Virus record (IMG/VR): IMGVR_UViG_3300027733_000040
Location: 1-64,000 of that record
Direction: 5' to 3' (one strand)
DNA: 64,000 bases
From: a virus
Under the pieces are notes generated by a model that was given only the letters and a program-made list of their open reading frames with translations, was not told the origin of the DNA and did no database searches. Both the position numbers and the translations under genes were made by a program. Below are positions 39,512 to 48,729 of the stretch, one piece after another. Every line of letters starts with the position of its first letter. Within the stretch, counting starts at the first letter, position 1.

Positions 39512-39522
39512 GGTGTAATAAT

Positions 39523-40461
39523 ATGGCAAGTTCAGGTGTATGTGCCGCTGCTTATTGTAATGAGAGCCCAGCTACCACTCCTAAAGATTTCGAAAGAAAA
39601 TATGGGTTTAAAATAGCTCTTTGCCAGACTCATTTCGACGAATTCTTTACTAAATTCTCCAAAAAGGGTAATAATTTTTTATCGACTGGCGCAGCTAATA
39701 ATCCTTTTGGAGGCAATCTAAATATATTTGGGATACTTGCAAATGCTTTATCACACTTTACGACTGAGGATAAATCAGAAAAATTAGTCTGCATTTTGTC
39801 TATGAAGTTTAAAAAGAATTTAGGACCACAGATAAAGACCCTTATCTCCAGCGCTACTCAATCGCAAGAAGATTTAGCTCCAGGGACCACATCCGTGCAT
39901 TCTTCTGCCTCTCTTAATAGCCAATGGTGGCAGGCTTTCTTTAAAACTGTGGGTATTACTCAGCCGAACAACCAGAAATGGATTATTCAATATGCTGCTA
40001 ATAATAGTAAAAGCATTAAAGAATCAATAAATGAAGCCACAGATGTAGATGAAGACGTAGATGAAGACGAAACGGAACAAAAGCCTAAAAGATCTTGGTC
40101 CGATTGGGCTAAAGAAAAAGCCAAAGGGGCTAAGGACCTCCTTGATGCTGGTCCTAGCGGTAAATTCGGTAGAAGTAAAAATGAATTGGTCGCAAAATTG
40201 GCTATTGATGGTGCTGTACAGGTTTATGACAAGGTAATTAATTCTATTTTAGGGACCGTAGATCTTCAAGAAAAGGATATTCCGGCACTGTATAAGATAT
40301 ATAATGATTATATATTGCCTACTCTTCAAAAGAATAAAAAATTTGGTAAAGCCGACGCAAGTGCTTTGGCTGGCGGCGATAAAAAATTAGAGGCAGACAT
40401 TATAAAATCTTATAAAGGCATTACCCAACTGGCTACTCATCTTAGATTAGAGCCTATCTAA
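39523..40461 (+). CDS. Hypothetical protein, possibly an internal head protein
   Basis: N-terminal Cys/His cluster and acidic linker ESINEATDVDEDVDED. Confidence 0.5.
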   Translation: MASSGVCAAAYCNESPATTPKDFERKYGFKIALCQTHFDEFFTKFSKKGNNFLSTGAANNPFGGNLNIFGILANALSHFTTEDKSEKLVCILSMKFKKNLGPQIKTLISSATQSQEDLAPGTTSVHSSASLNSQWWQAFFKTVGITQPNNQKWIIQYAANNSKSIKESINEATDVDEDVDEDETEQKPKRSWSDWAKEKAKGAKDLLDAGPSGKFGRSKNELVAKLAIDGAVQVYDKVINSILGTVDLQEKDIPALYKIYNDYILPTLQKNKKFGKADASALAGGDKKLEADIIKSYKGITQLATHLRLEPI

Positions 40462-40521
40462 TACTATTCTATTTTCCTTTTTTAGTCTATTCAAAATTAC
40501 TTAAATAGGCCCTAAGAGGAT

Positions 40522-40941
40522 ATGTCAATGGATATCATTTCGATCTTTTCCATGGCTGATACAGATTGGGTTAGTATAGTCGAGAAGTTTGGTATTCCAA
40601 TGGGTATTTTAGCGGCTTTTGCGTATTTTGTTGCGCAAGGCATAAGATGGTTCGGTGGCAATGTAGTGCTGCCTATGAAGGATAGGCACATGAGTTTTTT
40701 GGATAACATGGAACACTGCTTAGATAAGATAACGGACTTGCAGACGAAAATATTCGGCGACACTTCCTCTATAAAAGCCGACATAGACAGAGTCGAACGT
40801 AAGACTTCAGCTTTGGCAAAAGACAGTGGCATTCTTAGGGAAAAAGTAGAAGGTCTTATCATTCAGACTATGGCGCAGAATGGTAAATATGAAAGTAAGA
40901 TTGTTAATAGTTTGCAATCTGACACAATCAAGGAGAAATAA
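40522..40941 (+). CDS. Membrane protein with coiled-coil tail (holin-like)
   Basis: One TM segment FGIPMGILAAFAYFVA, then a coiled coil; GAGGA SD. Confidence 0.5.
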   Translation: MSMDIISIFSMADTDWVSIVEKFGIPMGILAAFAYFVAQGIRWFGGNVVLPMKDRHMSFLDNMEHCLDKITDLQTKIFGDTSSIKADIDRVERKTSALAKDSGILREKVEGLIIQTMAQNGKYESKIVNSLQSDTIKEK

Positions 40942-40944
40942 AAA

Positions 40945-41274
40945 ATGGCTATGACCCCGTTCCCAGTCGGTTTACCGACCGAAGCTATCATGATCATTAT
41001 CGATAAATTGCGTGGTAGCGAAGTTCAGAATAATGATCTTATTTTAGCAGCTTGGAATTTAGCTGGTTATTCACTTCAGCAAGTCGTTCCAATTGCGCCT
41101 AAAGCGATGGCTTTGTCAGACGTTAAATTGGACGAATTAGCTTTTTCTAATGAAGAAGCAATTGCTAGTTTAGAATCGCTTTTACCTAAAGGCGATGGAG
41201 AGGAAGTCGGTAAATTGCCATGGGGAAAAATCTTAAGAGTAGCGATAAAGGTAATCTTAGGTTTAATTATTTAA
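40945..41274 (+). CDS. Hypothetical protein with an amphipathic C-terminal helix
   Basis: AAGGAG SD; ends LPWGKILRVAIKVILGLII. Confidence 0.6.
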   Translation: MAMTPFPVGLPTEAIMIIIDKLRGSEVQNNDLILAAWNLAGYSLQQVVPIAPKAMALSDVKLDELAFSNEEAIASLESLLPKGDGEEVGKLPWGKILRVAIKVILGLII

Positions 41275-41609
41275 ATAAACCAAGGCTTTTATTTGCGAAA
41301 CCAGTTTTCGCCTCTAAGCCTAGATCTTCAAAGTGGAAAAAAGCAAGAGCGGTTCATCTCGAATTAAATGGAATGTGTTTGGCGTGTGGTGGTAGAGTTT
41401 CGCTTGAAGTTCACCACCTCATGCCTTACCATCTAGCCCCCGAGCTAGAATTAGATCCAAATAATCTTATTACACTATGCGAATCTGCTAGCCATTGCCA
41501 TTGGACTTTCGGCCACTTGCTTAATTGGCGTAGCTATAATCCCGACGCAAAAGCAGATGCAATTGCGTTTTTCCAAAAAGTCGTAAACCGACCAAAGATC
41601 CTAGCCTAA
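41220..41609 (+). CDS. HNH endonuclease
   Basis: RSSKW, CLACG, LEVHH, NLITLC, CH..FGH. True start uncertain. Confidence 0.8.
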   Translation: MGKNLKSSDKGNLRFNYLNKPRLLFAKPVFASKPRSSKWKKARAVHLELNGMCLACGGRVSLEVHHLMPYHLAPELELDPNNLITLCESASHCHWTFGHLLNWRSYNPDAKADAIAFFQKVVNRPKILA

Positions 41610-42947
41610 ACCGTGGAAGAAACACTGTGTTTCGATTTCTTCTTTGCATCTCTTGACTATCCTTGTGCTTACGCCAAGATAGTCAGCGAGATCGGTATTA
41701 TTAAGTTTAGCGCCTGGATATTTTGTAGCATATTCGTGGAAACGATCGAGCTCGCCGTCGATCATAAAGCCAGAACTTTGCACTTGCAAAATCCACACTA
41801 TTCTACTTAAATCATTTAAGTTATCAGCGACTTTATGGATTATTTCTTTAATTTCCACTTGAGTCTCATGGTCATCACCGAATCCAAGCATAGCCAATCC
41901 TCCCTGAACTAAATTGTCCAATCCTTCAGAATCATCCCCGTTTGTGTTCACACCGGTTCTACCAGTAGTGAATTTGATTTTTTCTTTAAATGTCTTCTTC
42001 ATACTAACACTGTGGTTTTTGTTACTGGTTATTACGATCTTATCATCGTGCAATTCGTGTATTATACCACAGTCTGAGTGATTTTGCAATATTAGCATGA
42101 TAGAGATAATATCGTCAGTACCGCAAAAGAAAGTGTCGAATATTATGTGATATTCATTATAATCGCTATTTATATCCCTTAACATTCTATTAAGGATATC
42201 TTCTTTGTTGTCTAAATCATGAAAGAGATTAGTCGATATTAGTTGACCATTTGGTGCTTTATACTTAACTTCGAAATTAGTGCCTGATTTCATCAAGACC
42301 GCAGCGAAAGCGCTGATTATACTAAGTGAAGCAGGTACTTGGACCGTCTTTTCAGTCAAGTATTTCTGCTGTTGGTTTTCCTTAATCACTTGCTGTTGAT
42401 AATTCGAGATGTGTTTACTAACGAACTTTATAAGACTTTGGCGGTCGGCTAGTATCTCGTCGCTATACTTCCTTTCGCCCTTATTAGCGAATATTGGTGA
42501 TCTTGAAGATTCAATGATCGGTAATTCGCATTCGTCAGGATTTTTGAATTCTTGGCCGACCATGATTCGGTTGCAGCACGGCGAAATGTGGTAGCATTGA
42601 TTAAATTGTATAGTCAGACCGATCTTATTCTGGTAGCTGGTAGCTTTGCAATTTTGGCATGTGAAGCCGTTGATTTTGCGGCTCACGAGCAGATCTACTA
42701 ATGCTCTCCATAATGCCACTAAGTAATCTTGCTCTGATGTAGTAACATCATCTTTATAGTCAGCACGTATTGTTCTATTAAACCTTTTTATAAATTTGGT
42801 TTTTGAGCGTTCTAATTCTGGTTCGTTGATGAGATTAGAAAATGTTAACTCGACTAATTGCTTTTCCTGTGGGTCGATTTCTTTCATCGATACGTTCACT
42901 AAAGAACCTCGCAGGTAAAGCTTCGACAGTTGGCGTTCATAACTCAT
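41601..42947 (-). CDS. Sigma-factor-like protein with zinc-ribbon insertion and C-terminal HTH
   Basis: Region-2-like QDYLVALWRA; CQNC and CC motifs; region-4-like NTDLADYLGVSTRIVKRCKEEI. Confidence 0.5.
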   Translation of the reverse strand: MSYERQLSKLYLRGSLVNVSMKEIDPQEKQLVELTFSNLINEPELERSKTKFIKRFNRTIRADYKDDVTTSEQDYLVALWRALVDLLVSRKINGFTCQNCKATSYQNKIGLTIQFNQCYHISPCCNRIMVGQEFKNPDECELPIIESSRSPIFANKGERKYSDEILADRQSLIKFVSKHISNYQQQVIKENQQQKYLTEKTVQVPASLSIISAFAAVLMKSGTNFEVKYKAPNGQLISTNLFHDLDNKEDILNRMLRDINSDYNEYHIIFDTFFCGTDDIISIMLILQNHSDCGIIHELHDDKIVITSNKNHSVSMKKTFKEKIKFTTGRTGVNTNGDDSEGLDNLVQGGLAMLGFGDDHETQVEIKEIIHKVADNLNDLSRIVWILQVQSSGFMIDGELDRFHEYATKYPGAKLNNTDLADYLGVSTRIVKRCKEEIETQCFFHGLG

Positions 42948-42993
42948 TTGTAAATTCCTTTCATTTTGACAAACTTTTTTAGGAGTCCTCTCT

Positions 42994-43764
42994 ATGGCAA
43001 ACTATTGTGATAGCGCCGTTTTGGAGAAAACCTGGTACCTTTGGATACTGGGTTCGTCACACCCAGATCTTGAACAATACAGGGCCTACAATTTATTGTA
43101 TACAAAACCCTGTTCGCCGGCAATGGTTGACGGGAAAATTCTTAAAAAACATGGGAAGGAATTGCTTGACCCTAGATCTGAGTATAAAATACATTGCTTA
43201 GCCCTTCCTATCCCCGTTTTTTTCAAATCCCGTAATAACATTGTAACAGGTCGATATCGTCTTTGCAATATCTCTTCTAAGACTCCTTTCACACTAGATA
43301 GACGTTTGTTCACTATGGATAATATGTTTATGGGAAATGCGCTTAAGAACAACATATTTAAGCAGAAGTTAGAAGTGATCCCTAAGCTTTTAGAAGAAGG
43401 GTATATCAAAGAGCAACCGACTTCGGCATCATGGCATGACCTTCTTGCTGATATTGGTAAGATGTGCACAGGGATTAGTATGCGTTTTAATCTCTTGAAT
43501 GACGACGAATATAGTGATCTCTCAAATGATGCACTATTACAAGTGATAAATAAATTAGTTAACAATAGGTTAGTATATACCCCCGGAAGAGCACCGGTAT
43601 TTAATTTACTTACCACTACCATACATCGTTGTATGTTTAGTCTGCTTAATAAAAAGAATAGTCAGAAAGCTGGTTTAAATAAATTATTGTCAGATTCTCA
43701 ATATAATCTTATACCAAAAATTAATAGGAGTCTTAAGACCCTGACACATAACCCGAGAAAATGA
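42994..43764 (+). CDS. T4 gp55-like late sigma factor
   Basis: C-half KMCTGISMRF...DLSNDALLQV...YTPGRAPVFNLLTTTIHRCMFSLLNKKNSQ matches the gp55 region-2 pattern; AGGAG SD. Confidence 0.6.
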   Translation: MANYCDSAVLEKTWYLWILGSSHPDLEQYRAYNLLYTKPCSPAMVDGKILKKHGKELLDPRSEYKIHCLALPIPVFFKSRNNIVTGRYRLCNISSKTPFTLDRRLFTMDNMFMGNALKNNIFKQKLEVIPKLLEEGYIKEQPTSASWHDLLADIGKMCTGISMRFNLLNDDEYSDLSNDALLQVINKLVNNRLVYTPGRAPVFNLLTTTIHRCMFSLLNKKNSQKAGLNKLLSDSQYNLIPKINRSLKTLTHNPRK

Positions 43765-43765
43765 C

Positions 43766-44755
43766 ATGAGATATAATAGGGCCATTTCGCCTAATGCTGT
43801 ACACAGCTCCCATCTGCTGACAAGATTAAAAGCTCAAGCTGTTAAAGTGTCTATTGTAAATGGTCCTCAGCCAGGTGTGCGCCACCAGCAGCGTTCTGCT
43901 CCTTTACCTCCTAAGCCCGAAAAGCCACCCACGAAGATCCAAGATAGTGCAAGAGTTGCGCCCAAGAAGGCGGGGGCAGTCGAAGTTCGCCAGCAGCAGG
44001 CGATGCAAAGACAGGATATAAAGAAAAAGCGAGAGCCACGTGTTACTTATGTATCACGGACAGTTGACCCGATCTACCTAGAAAAGACAAAAGCCTTAAA
44101 AGATACCGGCCGAGGAAAAACGCTTATAATAATAGGCAATGGGCCGACGCTTAATGAGGTTGATTTAAGGGGCCTTAAACATAAACCAGGTATAGAATTT
44201 CTATCTGTGAATTATCCTGATCCTAGATTATGGCCAACTGACTATTGGGCTTTCTTTGATTCATCTCAGATTCAGCGACACGCTGCTCTTTGGGATGAAT
44301 TCAATGGAACCATCTTTAATTCTTCGTCGATACAAAGACGAAAGACAGGGACCATCCAATTCAGAAATATAGGTGTTAAATCATTTAGTAAGGATTTAGT
44401 AGATGGTTTATGCATAGGCAGAAGTAGCGTATTCGCTAGCATGCAAATCGCGCTTTGGATGAATTTCGATAAGATATACATTTTTGGCGTCGATATGAAC
44501 CCATCGACAGATTTAAAGAAATTACATTTTTACGGAACAAATCCTGACGTATTACCAGAAAATAGGGCAAAAAGGTTTGAAAAGGAAGCGGAATACTATG
44601 TTACAGCTTTTGAATCGATGTCAGAGAAGGAGAGAAGTAAGTTTACTTTCTGCAGCTCTGTTAACCCATGGCCCTTTATGTCTATGTTTAATAAACTAGA
44701 TCATAAGGTCGCTGCGTCCGAAATTTTACGTGATTATTTAAACCCCAAGGAGTAG
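43766..44755 (+). CDS. Maf/MptE(DUF115)-like, sialyltransferase-like glycosyltransferase with disordered basic N-terminus
   Basis: IIIGNGPTL, SVN, FFD, SSVF, IYIFGVDM, HFYG. Confidence 0.7.
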   Translation: MRYNRAISPNAVHSSHLLTRLKAQAVKVSIVNGPQPGVRHQQRSAPLPPKPEKPPTKIQDSARVAPKKAGAVEVRQQQAMQRQDIKKKREPRVTYVSRTVDPIYLEKTKALKDTGRGKTLIIIGNGPTLNEVDLRGLKHKPGIEFLSVNYPDPRLWPTDYWAFFDSSQIQRHAALWDEFNGTIFNSSSIQRRKTGTIQFRNIGVKSFSKDLVDGLCIGRSSVFASMQIALWMNFDKIYIFGVDMNPSTDLKKLHFYGTNPDVLPENRAKRFEKEAEYYVTAFESMSEKERSKFTFCSSVNPWPFMSMFNKLDHKVAASEILRDYLNPKE

Positions 44756-44762
44756 AAGGTCG

Positions 44763-45152
44763 ATGACTAAGATTTACGTTGCATCAAGTTTATATAACAA
44801 AACCAATGTTAAGGCACTCTATAAATATCTTGCTTATTTACAATGTACTATTACTTATGATTGGACCACTCATGGTGGTGTAAATGATGAGGCTTCGCTT
44901 AAAGAGATCGGGCTCAAAGAATACCAAGGTGTTGTCGATTGTGATGTTTTGGTTATGTTAATGCCTGCGAGGCTTGGTTCGCATGTCGAGCTTGGTATAG
45001 CTTTAGCGCTCTGTAAACCGGTCATTATTATTACTAACGGTGAAGATTTCGAGAAAAAGTCATTTTATTTCTTAGACCATGTAAATATTATCAGAGATAT
45101 TGATGCTCTAAAAGGCGCACTTGATAAAATCACGGAACAAGAAAATGACTAA
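44763..45152 (+). CDS. Nucleoside 2-deoxyribosyltransferase / nucleotide N-hydrolase family protein
   Basis: KIYVASS, YDW, CDVLVMLM, GSHVELGIALALCKPV, carrying the catalytic Glu of the NDT/DNPH1/MilB fold. Confidence 0.75.
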   Translation: MTKIYVASSLYNKTNVKALYKYLAYLQCTITYDWTTHGGVNDEASLKEIGLKEYQGVVDCDVLVMLMPARLGSHVELGIALALCKPVIIITNGEDFEKKSFYFLDHVNIIRDIDALKGALDKITEQEND

Positions 45153-45822
45153 TGGCGAACTGCTCACCAGAATAGAAATAGATGTTTTCCAAGGAAACGA
45201 AATCCTAGAATCCTTTGAATTAGCTCATAAGTACCGTCTGCCTGCGATCATAGTACATCCTTCATTAAGCTCTGATGCTTTGGTTTGTAGAGGCAGATCA
45301 AAAGGGAAGTATAAGATCATCACGCCGGTAGATTGGCCTAGGGGTGAAGTCTTCTCTACAGATAAGTTCAAGGGTCTAAGCTTAGATTCTTTAGAGACCG
45401 ATGGTTTTGAGATATACATATCGCCAAAAAAGCAAAAGGGCGATATCAGAAAAGAAATAATTTCGTGTACAGAGTTTTTAAAGAAGTTTATTGGCGAGCT
45501 TTGTGAAATAAGATTCGTCATAGGCACAAGGACTAAGGATGAAGCTGATCTAGCGAGTGCTTATGAGGCCTTTCGTGATCTAAAGACACCGACTTTAATT
45601 CGAGACGATATCTCCTTGAAGACTCAGAATTACAAGGCCAATCCAGCTATACACAGCGCTTTTATCACCAACATGTCGCAATTCTTAAAATGCCCGATAA
45701 AAGTAAGTGGTAATCTTGACTGTATTGAAGATTTACTGGCCTGCGAACCTGCAAAGCGATTTGGTGCCAGTCTTCAGCAGACCAAAGGCATAATTAGAAG
45801 TATTAATACGGTGAAAAAATGA
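45145..45822 (+). CDS. DeoC-like aldolase TIM barrel, probably catalytically altered
   Basis: VHP, VDWPRG, IKVSGN and RFGAS match the DeoC layout, but KTSTG is replaced by RDDIS. Confidence 0.6.
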   Translation: MTNGELLTRIEIDVFQGNEILESFELAHKYRLPAIIVHPSLSSDALVCRGRSKGKYKIITPVDWPRGEVFSTDKFKGLSLDSLETDGFEIYISPKKQKGDIRKEIISCTEFLKKFIGELCEIRFVIGTRTKDEADLASAYEAFRDLKTPTLIRDDISLKTQNYKANPAIHSAFITNMSQFLKCPIKVSGNLDCIEDLLACEPAKRFGASLQQTKGIIRSINTVKK

Positions 45823-46115
45823 ACATTATTGAAATATTAGACCAGTTAGATGATGATATCGGTCTTTTATTTAAGACCGAGCAATGGTTACATTCAGAAA
45901 AATCGCGTGTGTCAGCTGAAGCTTCTGACATACTAAACAGATTAAAAGCAATTGACAATGCTATAAATCTGAAGAAGGTATTGAATAACATAGACATTGG
46001 GGCTTTAAGGCATGCCTACGATGATGGTTTCCACGGAAAAGAAAATTTAATGCTTGAATTGATCAAATCCTATCTGAATAATTCTTCGGCGGAGGCTCAA
46101 GATGCAACGCGGTAA
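45819..46115 (+). CDS. Hypothetical coiled-coil protein
   Basis: Overlaps both neighbours; GGTG SD. Confidence 0.55.
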   Translation: MNIIEILDQLDDDIGLLFKTEQWLHSEKSRVSAEASDILNRLKAIDNAINLKKVLNNIDIGALRHAYDDGFHGKENLMLELIKSYLNNSSAEAQDATR

Positions 46116-47301
46116 GTTCAATGTGGTTACTGATGGTCAGTTCGGTAGCACCGGAAAAGGGCTGATCACTTCTTACCTTGCACAAAAACACAGACCCGAA
46201 TTTTTATCAAACACCAATATGGCCAATGCTGGACACACAGCCGTTAATGTAGATGGCACTGCTTATATCGCTAAAGCAATGCCATCGGCTGCGATATTAA
46301 GAAAATGGCTACCTGATTACAATCCTTGGATAATAATGGGTTCTTCTTCTGCATTTACGCTACCGCAGCTAATGAAAGAAGTCGAAATAACTGGAAGTGT
46401 CGATAGGCTTATTATTCACCAAAGAGCTATGGTGATCACAGAAGAGCACAGGCAAAGGGAAAACGAAGGCAAGGATAGCACAAAGCATTTAGCGAGCACG
46501 ATGCAGGGCTGTGGGGCCGCCATAGCAGACAAGATCCAAAGATTGCCAGGGACCAAGCTTGCAGTTGATTACGAAGAATTAAGTCGATTTGTATTTTGCA
46601 AAACGTGGACACGACCTTCTTCTATATTAGAGGATATGTCTCTTTTTGATCCATTTAATGTGATGTGTAAACACCATTGTGAAGCCCTACACGAATACAT
46701 TGACTGTGTACTCAGGGCTACGTTCACTTTTCTCCACGAAGGCGCTCAGGGATTTTCGCTTGATATCAATCATGGCCACTCATATCCTACTTGCACTAGC
46801 CGCGGTACATCGGCAATTCAGAATTTAGCCGATATGGGTATTTCGCCCAAGTTCCTTGGTGATGTATATCTGGTACTTCGACCATATCCAATAAGAGTTG
46901 GCAATGTGATCGAAGATGGTGTTCAGCAAGGGTATTCTGGTGGTGGTTACGATGACCAAGTCGAAATCGATTGGGAAGAAATAGCAAGAAAATCTGGGAT
47001 GCCGCTAGAGTACGCTACGATATTAAGAGAGAAAGAGAAAACCACCGTTACAAAAAGGGTTAGAAGGGTGTTTTCTTTTTCTAAAAGGCAACTGCGTGAG
47101 GCCGTGATGGTGAATGGTGCCACTAAATTAGCTCTTAATTTTGCTAATTATATCGACTGGGCTTGCTTTGCATCATCATCAAAAGACAAACTTACCCCAA
47201 AGATCCTTGATTTTATAAAAATGCTCGAGGATGTCGCCGGAATACCTGTAACGCTTGTTGGAACTGGCCCACAATATGACCACGTCATTGACCTATCGTA
47301 A
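46102..47301 (+). CDS. purZ: PurZ, 2-amino-deoxyadenylosuccinate synthase (adenylosuccinate synthetase paralogue)
   Basis: DGQFGSTGKG (Ser where PurA has the catalytic Asp of GDEGKG), NAGHT, ST.QG, EGAQG, YPTCTSR, RPYPIRV, TTVTKRVRR, NFANY (PurA has TKLD); GGAGG SD. Confidence 0.85.
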   Translation: MQRGKFNVVTDGQFGSTGKGLITSYLAQKHRPEFLSNTNMANAGHTAVNVDGTAYIAKAMPSAAILRKWLPDYNPWIIMGSSSAFTLPQLMKEVEITGSVDRLIIHQRAMVITEEHRQRENEGKDSTKHLASTMQGCGAAIADKIQRLPGTKLAVDYEELSRFVFCKTWTRPSSILEDMSLFDPFNVMCKHHCEALHEYIDCVLRATFTFLHEGAQGFSLDINHGHSYPTCTSRGTSAIQNLADMGISPKFLGDVYLVLRPYPIRVGNVIEDGVQQGYSGGGYDDQVEIDWEEIARKSGMPLEYATILREKEKTTVTKRVRRVFSFSKRQLREAVMVNGATKLALNFANYIDWACFASSSKDKLTPKILDFIKMLEDVAGIPVTLVGTGPQYDHVIDLS

Positions 47302-48067
47302 TAATCTAGAAGTCTCGGCTTGCATCGACGAACATCATGATAATATTGATGAATCTATAGATCTAATTAGAGCTACTGGATTTAAATCAGCGTCTATACT
47401 TAATATAAATGGATTGTCGCTCACTTCTTTACCAGACATTACTATAGAGAGAATTAAGAAAAGACTATCGGATATGCCGATAAATGTCATAAGGATAGAG
47501 TTAGGTCATGGAAAAACAATAGCTCCAAAAGATATAGACAAAGAATTATCGATAGCTTCTTATTTTAAAGCTAAGGCGATCCAAATCGGCATCGAAAAAT
47601 CATCATTTCTCGATAAGGCGAGTTTCGATGATTTTATCAGTAGATTATCATCATTTGCTGTGTCGATGTCATTAGTACCGATATTAGAAATGACTGATCA
47701 TATGTTTATTGACACACCAGCCGATCTCGATAAATTCTTATCGTCACATAAAAGAATTAAGTTATCTTATGATCCATGCCGTTTTATGGAAAGAAGCAAT
47801 AAAAATCCACACGAACGCTGGTTTGAACCTCTTAAGACGAGTGTTTACAGTATAATAGCAAGAGATTTTAAAACAGGCTCCGGTTTTTATCCTATTGGCC
47901 AAGGCGCTACCAATATTGTTAAAGCTATAGATGAGCATATTTTAAACGGTGGTAGATACGCTATATTTAGACCGTCACTTGGAAGACGGTATGGTAGCAC
48001 AGTCGGAAAGAAAGAAACATTTAAGTTAGCTTTGGAAGTGTTTAATAATCTATTCAGGAGTATTTAG
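47276..48067 (+). CDS. Xylose-isomerase-like/AP_endonuc_2 TIM barrel, degenerate
   Basis: ACIDE, PILEM, SYDP, ARDFK and PIGQG resemble sugar-phosphate isomerase/epimerases; the His and last Glu ligands are not evident. Confidence 0.55.
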   Translation: MTTSLTYRNNLEVSACIDEHHDNIDESIDLIRATGFKSASILNINGLSLTSLPDITIERIKKRLSDMPINVIRIELGHGKTIAPKDIDKELSIASYFKAKAIQIGIEKSSFLDKASFDDFISRLSSFAVSMSLVPILEMTDHMFIDTPADLDKFLSSHKRIKLSYDPCRFMERSNKNPHERWFEPLKTSVYSIIARDFKTGSGFYPIGQGATNIVKAIDEHILNGGRYAIFRPSLGRRYGSTVGKKETFKLALEVFNNLFRSI

Positions 48068-48280
48068 ATGCTTAATGTCAACGAAGCAATTCAGAAGATA
48101 AAATCTATCGGAGCCAGCAACGTTAGAATAGTTCCGATGGCTGGTCAGCCGATCAATAATGGTGATCATCAGATCGAGATTAAATCCGGAGCTAGTTGGG
48201 AATCGATTGTGTCTGGTGTAAAAAAGAAAATGGCAGAAGACATTGTAAATCAAGCTATAAACAAGGTTATCCTTGGTTAA
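48068..48280 (+). CDS. Hypothetical protein
   Basis: AGGAG SD, 70 aa. Confidence 0.65.
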   Translation: MLNVNEAIQKIKSIGASNVRIVPMAGQPINNGDHQIEIKSGASWESIVSGVKKKMAEDIVNQAINKVILG

Positions 48281-48720
48281 TGATAAAGAAAATAAAATCC
48301 GTAATAGAATTGTCCAAATATAAAATAGGTAATAAATTATATTTCATAGATTTATACACAGATTCAGACAGGGATTTAATACAAAGCGATTTAAATTGGA
48401 TGTTGGCTTGTCACCCTAAAATTTTCTTTGTCAAAAAGATATATAAATACAATACTAAATCGAAATATATATGTCCTAGACTTCCTAGTGCTGTTTTTAG
48501 TATATTATCATCTCTGTTAGTAGGTCAATTTAATATAATATGCTTTGAAGTTTCAGCGATTAAACGCTGTGCCAATACCGGCGAATTCTATTATTTCGAT
48601 GGTAGTGGCGACTGGCACCCAGAATCGATATTATTCACCACAGAGCGCAAAGCGCTTAACGAAAAGAAGCGAATTTTATCGCTGGTTGATGATTGGGCTT
48701 CGCACAATCGTGGCGATTAA
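48280..48720 (+). CDS. Hypothetical protein
   Basis: TAATG-coupled ATG at 48280. Confidence 0.55.
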   Translation: MIKKIKSVIELSKYKIGNKLYFIDLYTDSDRDLIQSDLNWMLACHPKIFFVKKIYKYNTKSKYICPRLPSAVFSILSSLLVGQFNIICFEVSAIKRCANTGEFYYFDGSGDWHPESILFTTERKALNEKKRILSLVDDWASHNRGD

Positions 48721-48729
48721 ATATATTAT

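Noticed and set aside
46102-47301. Ordinary PurA auxiliary metabolic gene
   Set aside because: It lacks the catalytic Asp of GDEGKG and the TKLD GTP-specificity motif.
37706-48723. TAAATA late-promoter motif before several genes (37706, 39505, 40502, 48718)
   Set aside because: Several instances overlap TAA stop codons in AT-rich DNA and cannot be distinguished from chance without statistics.
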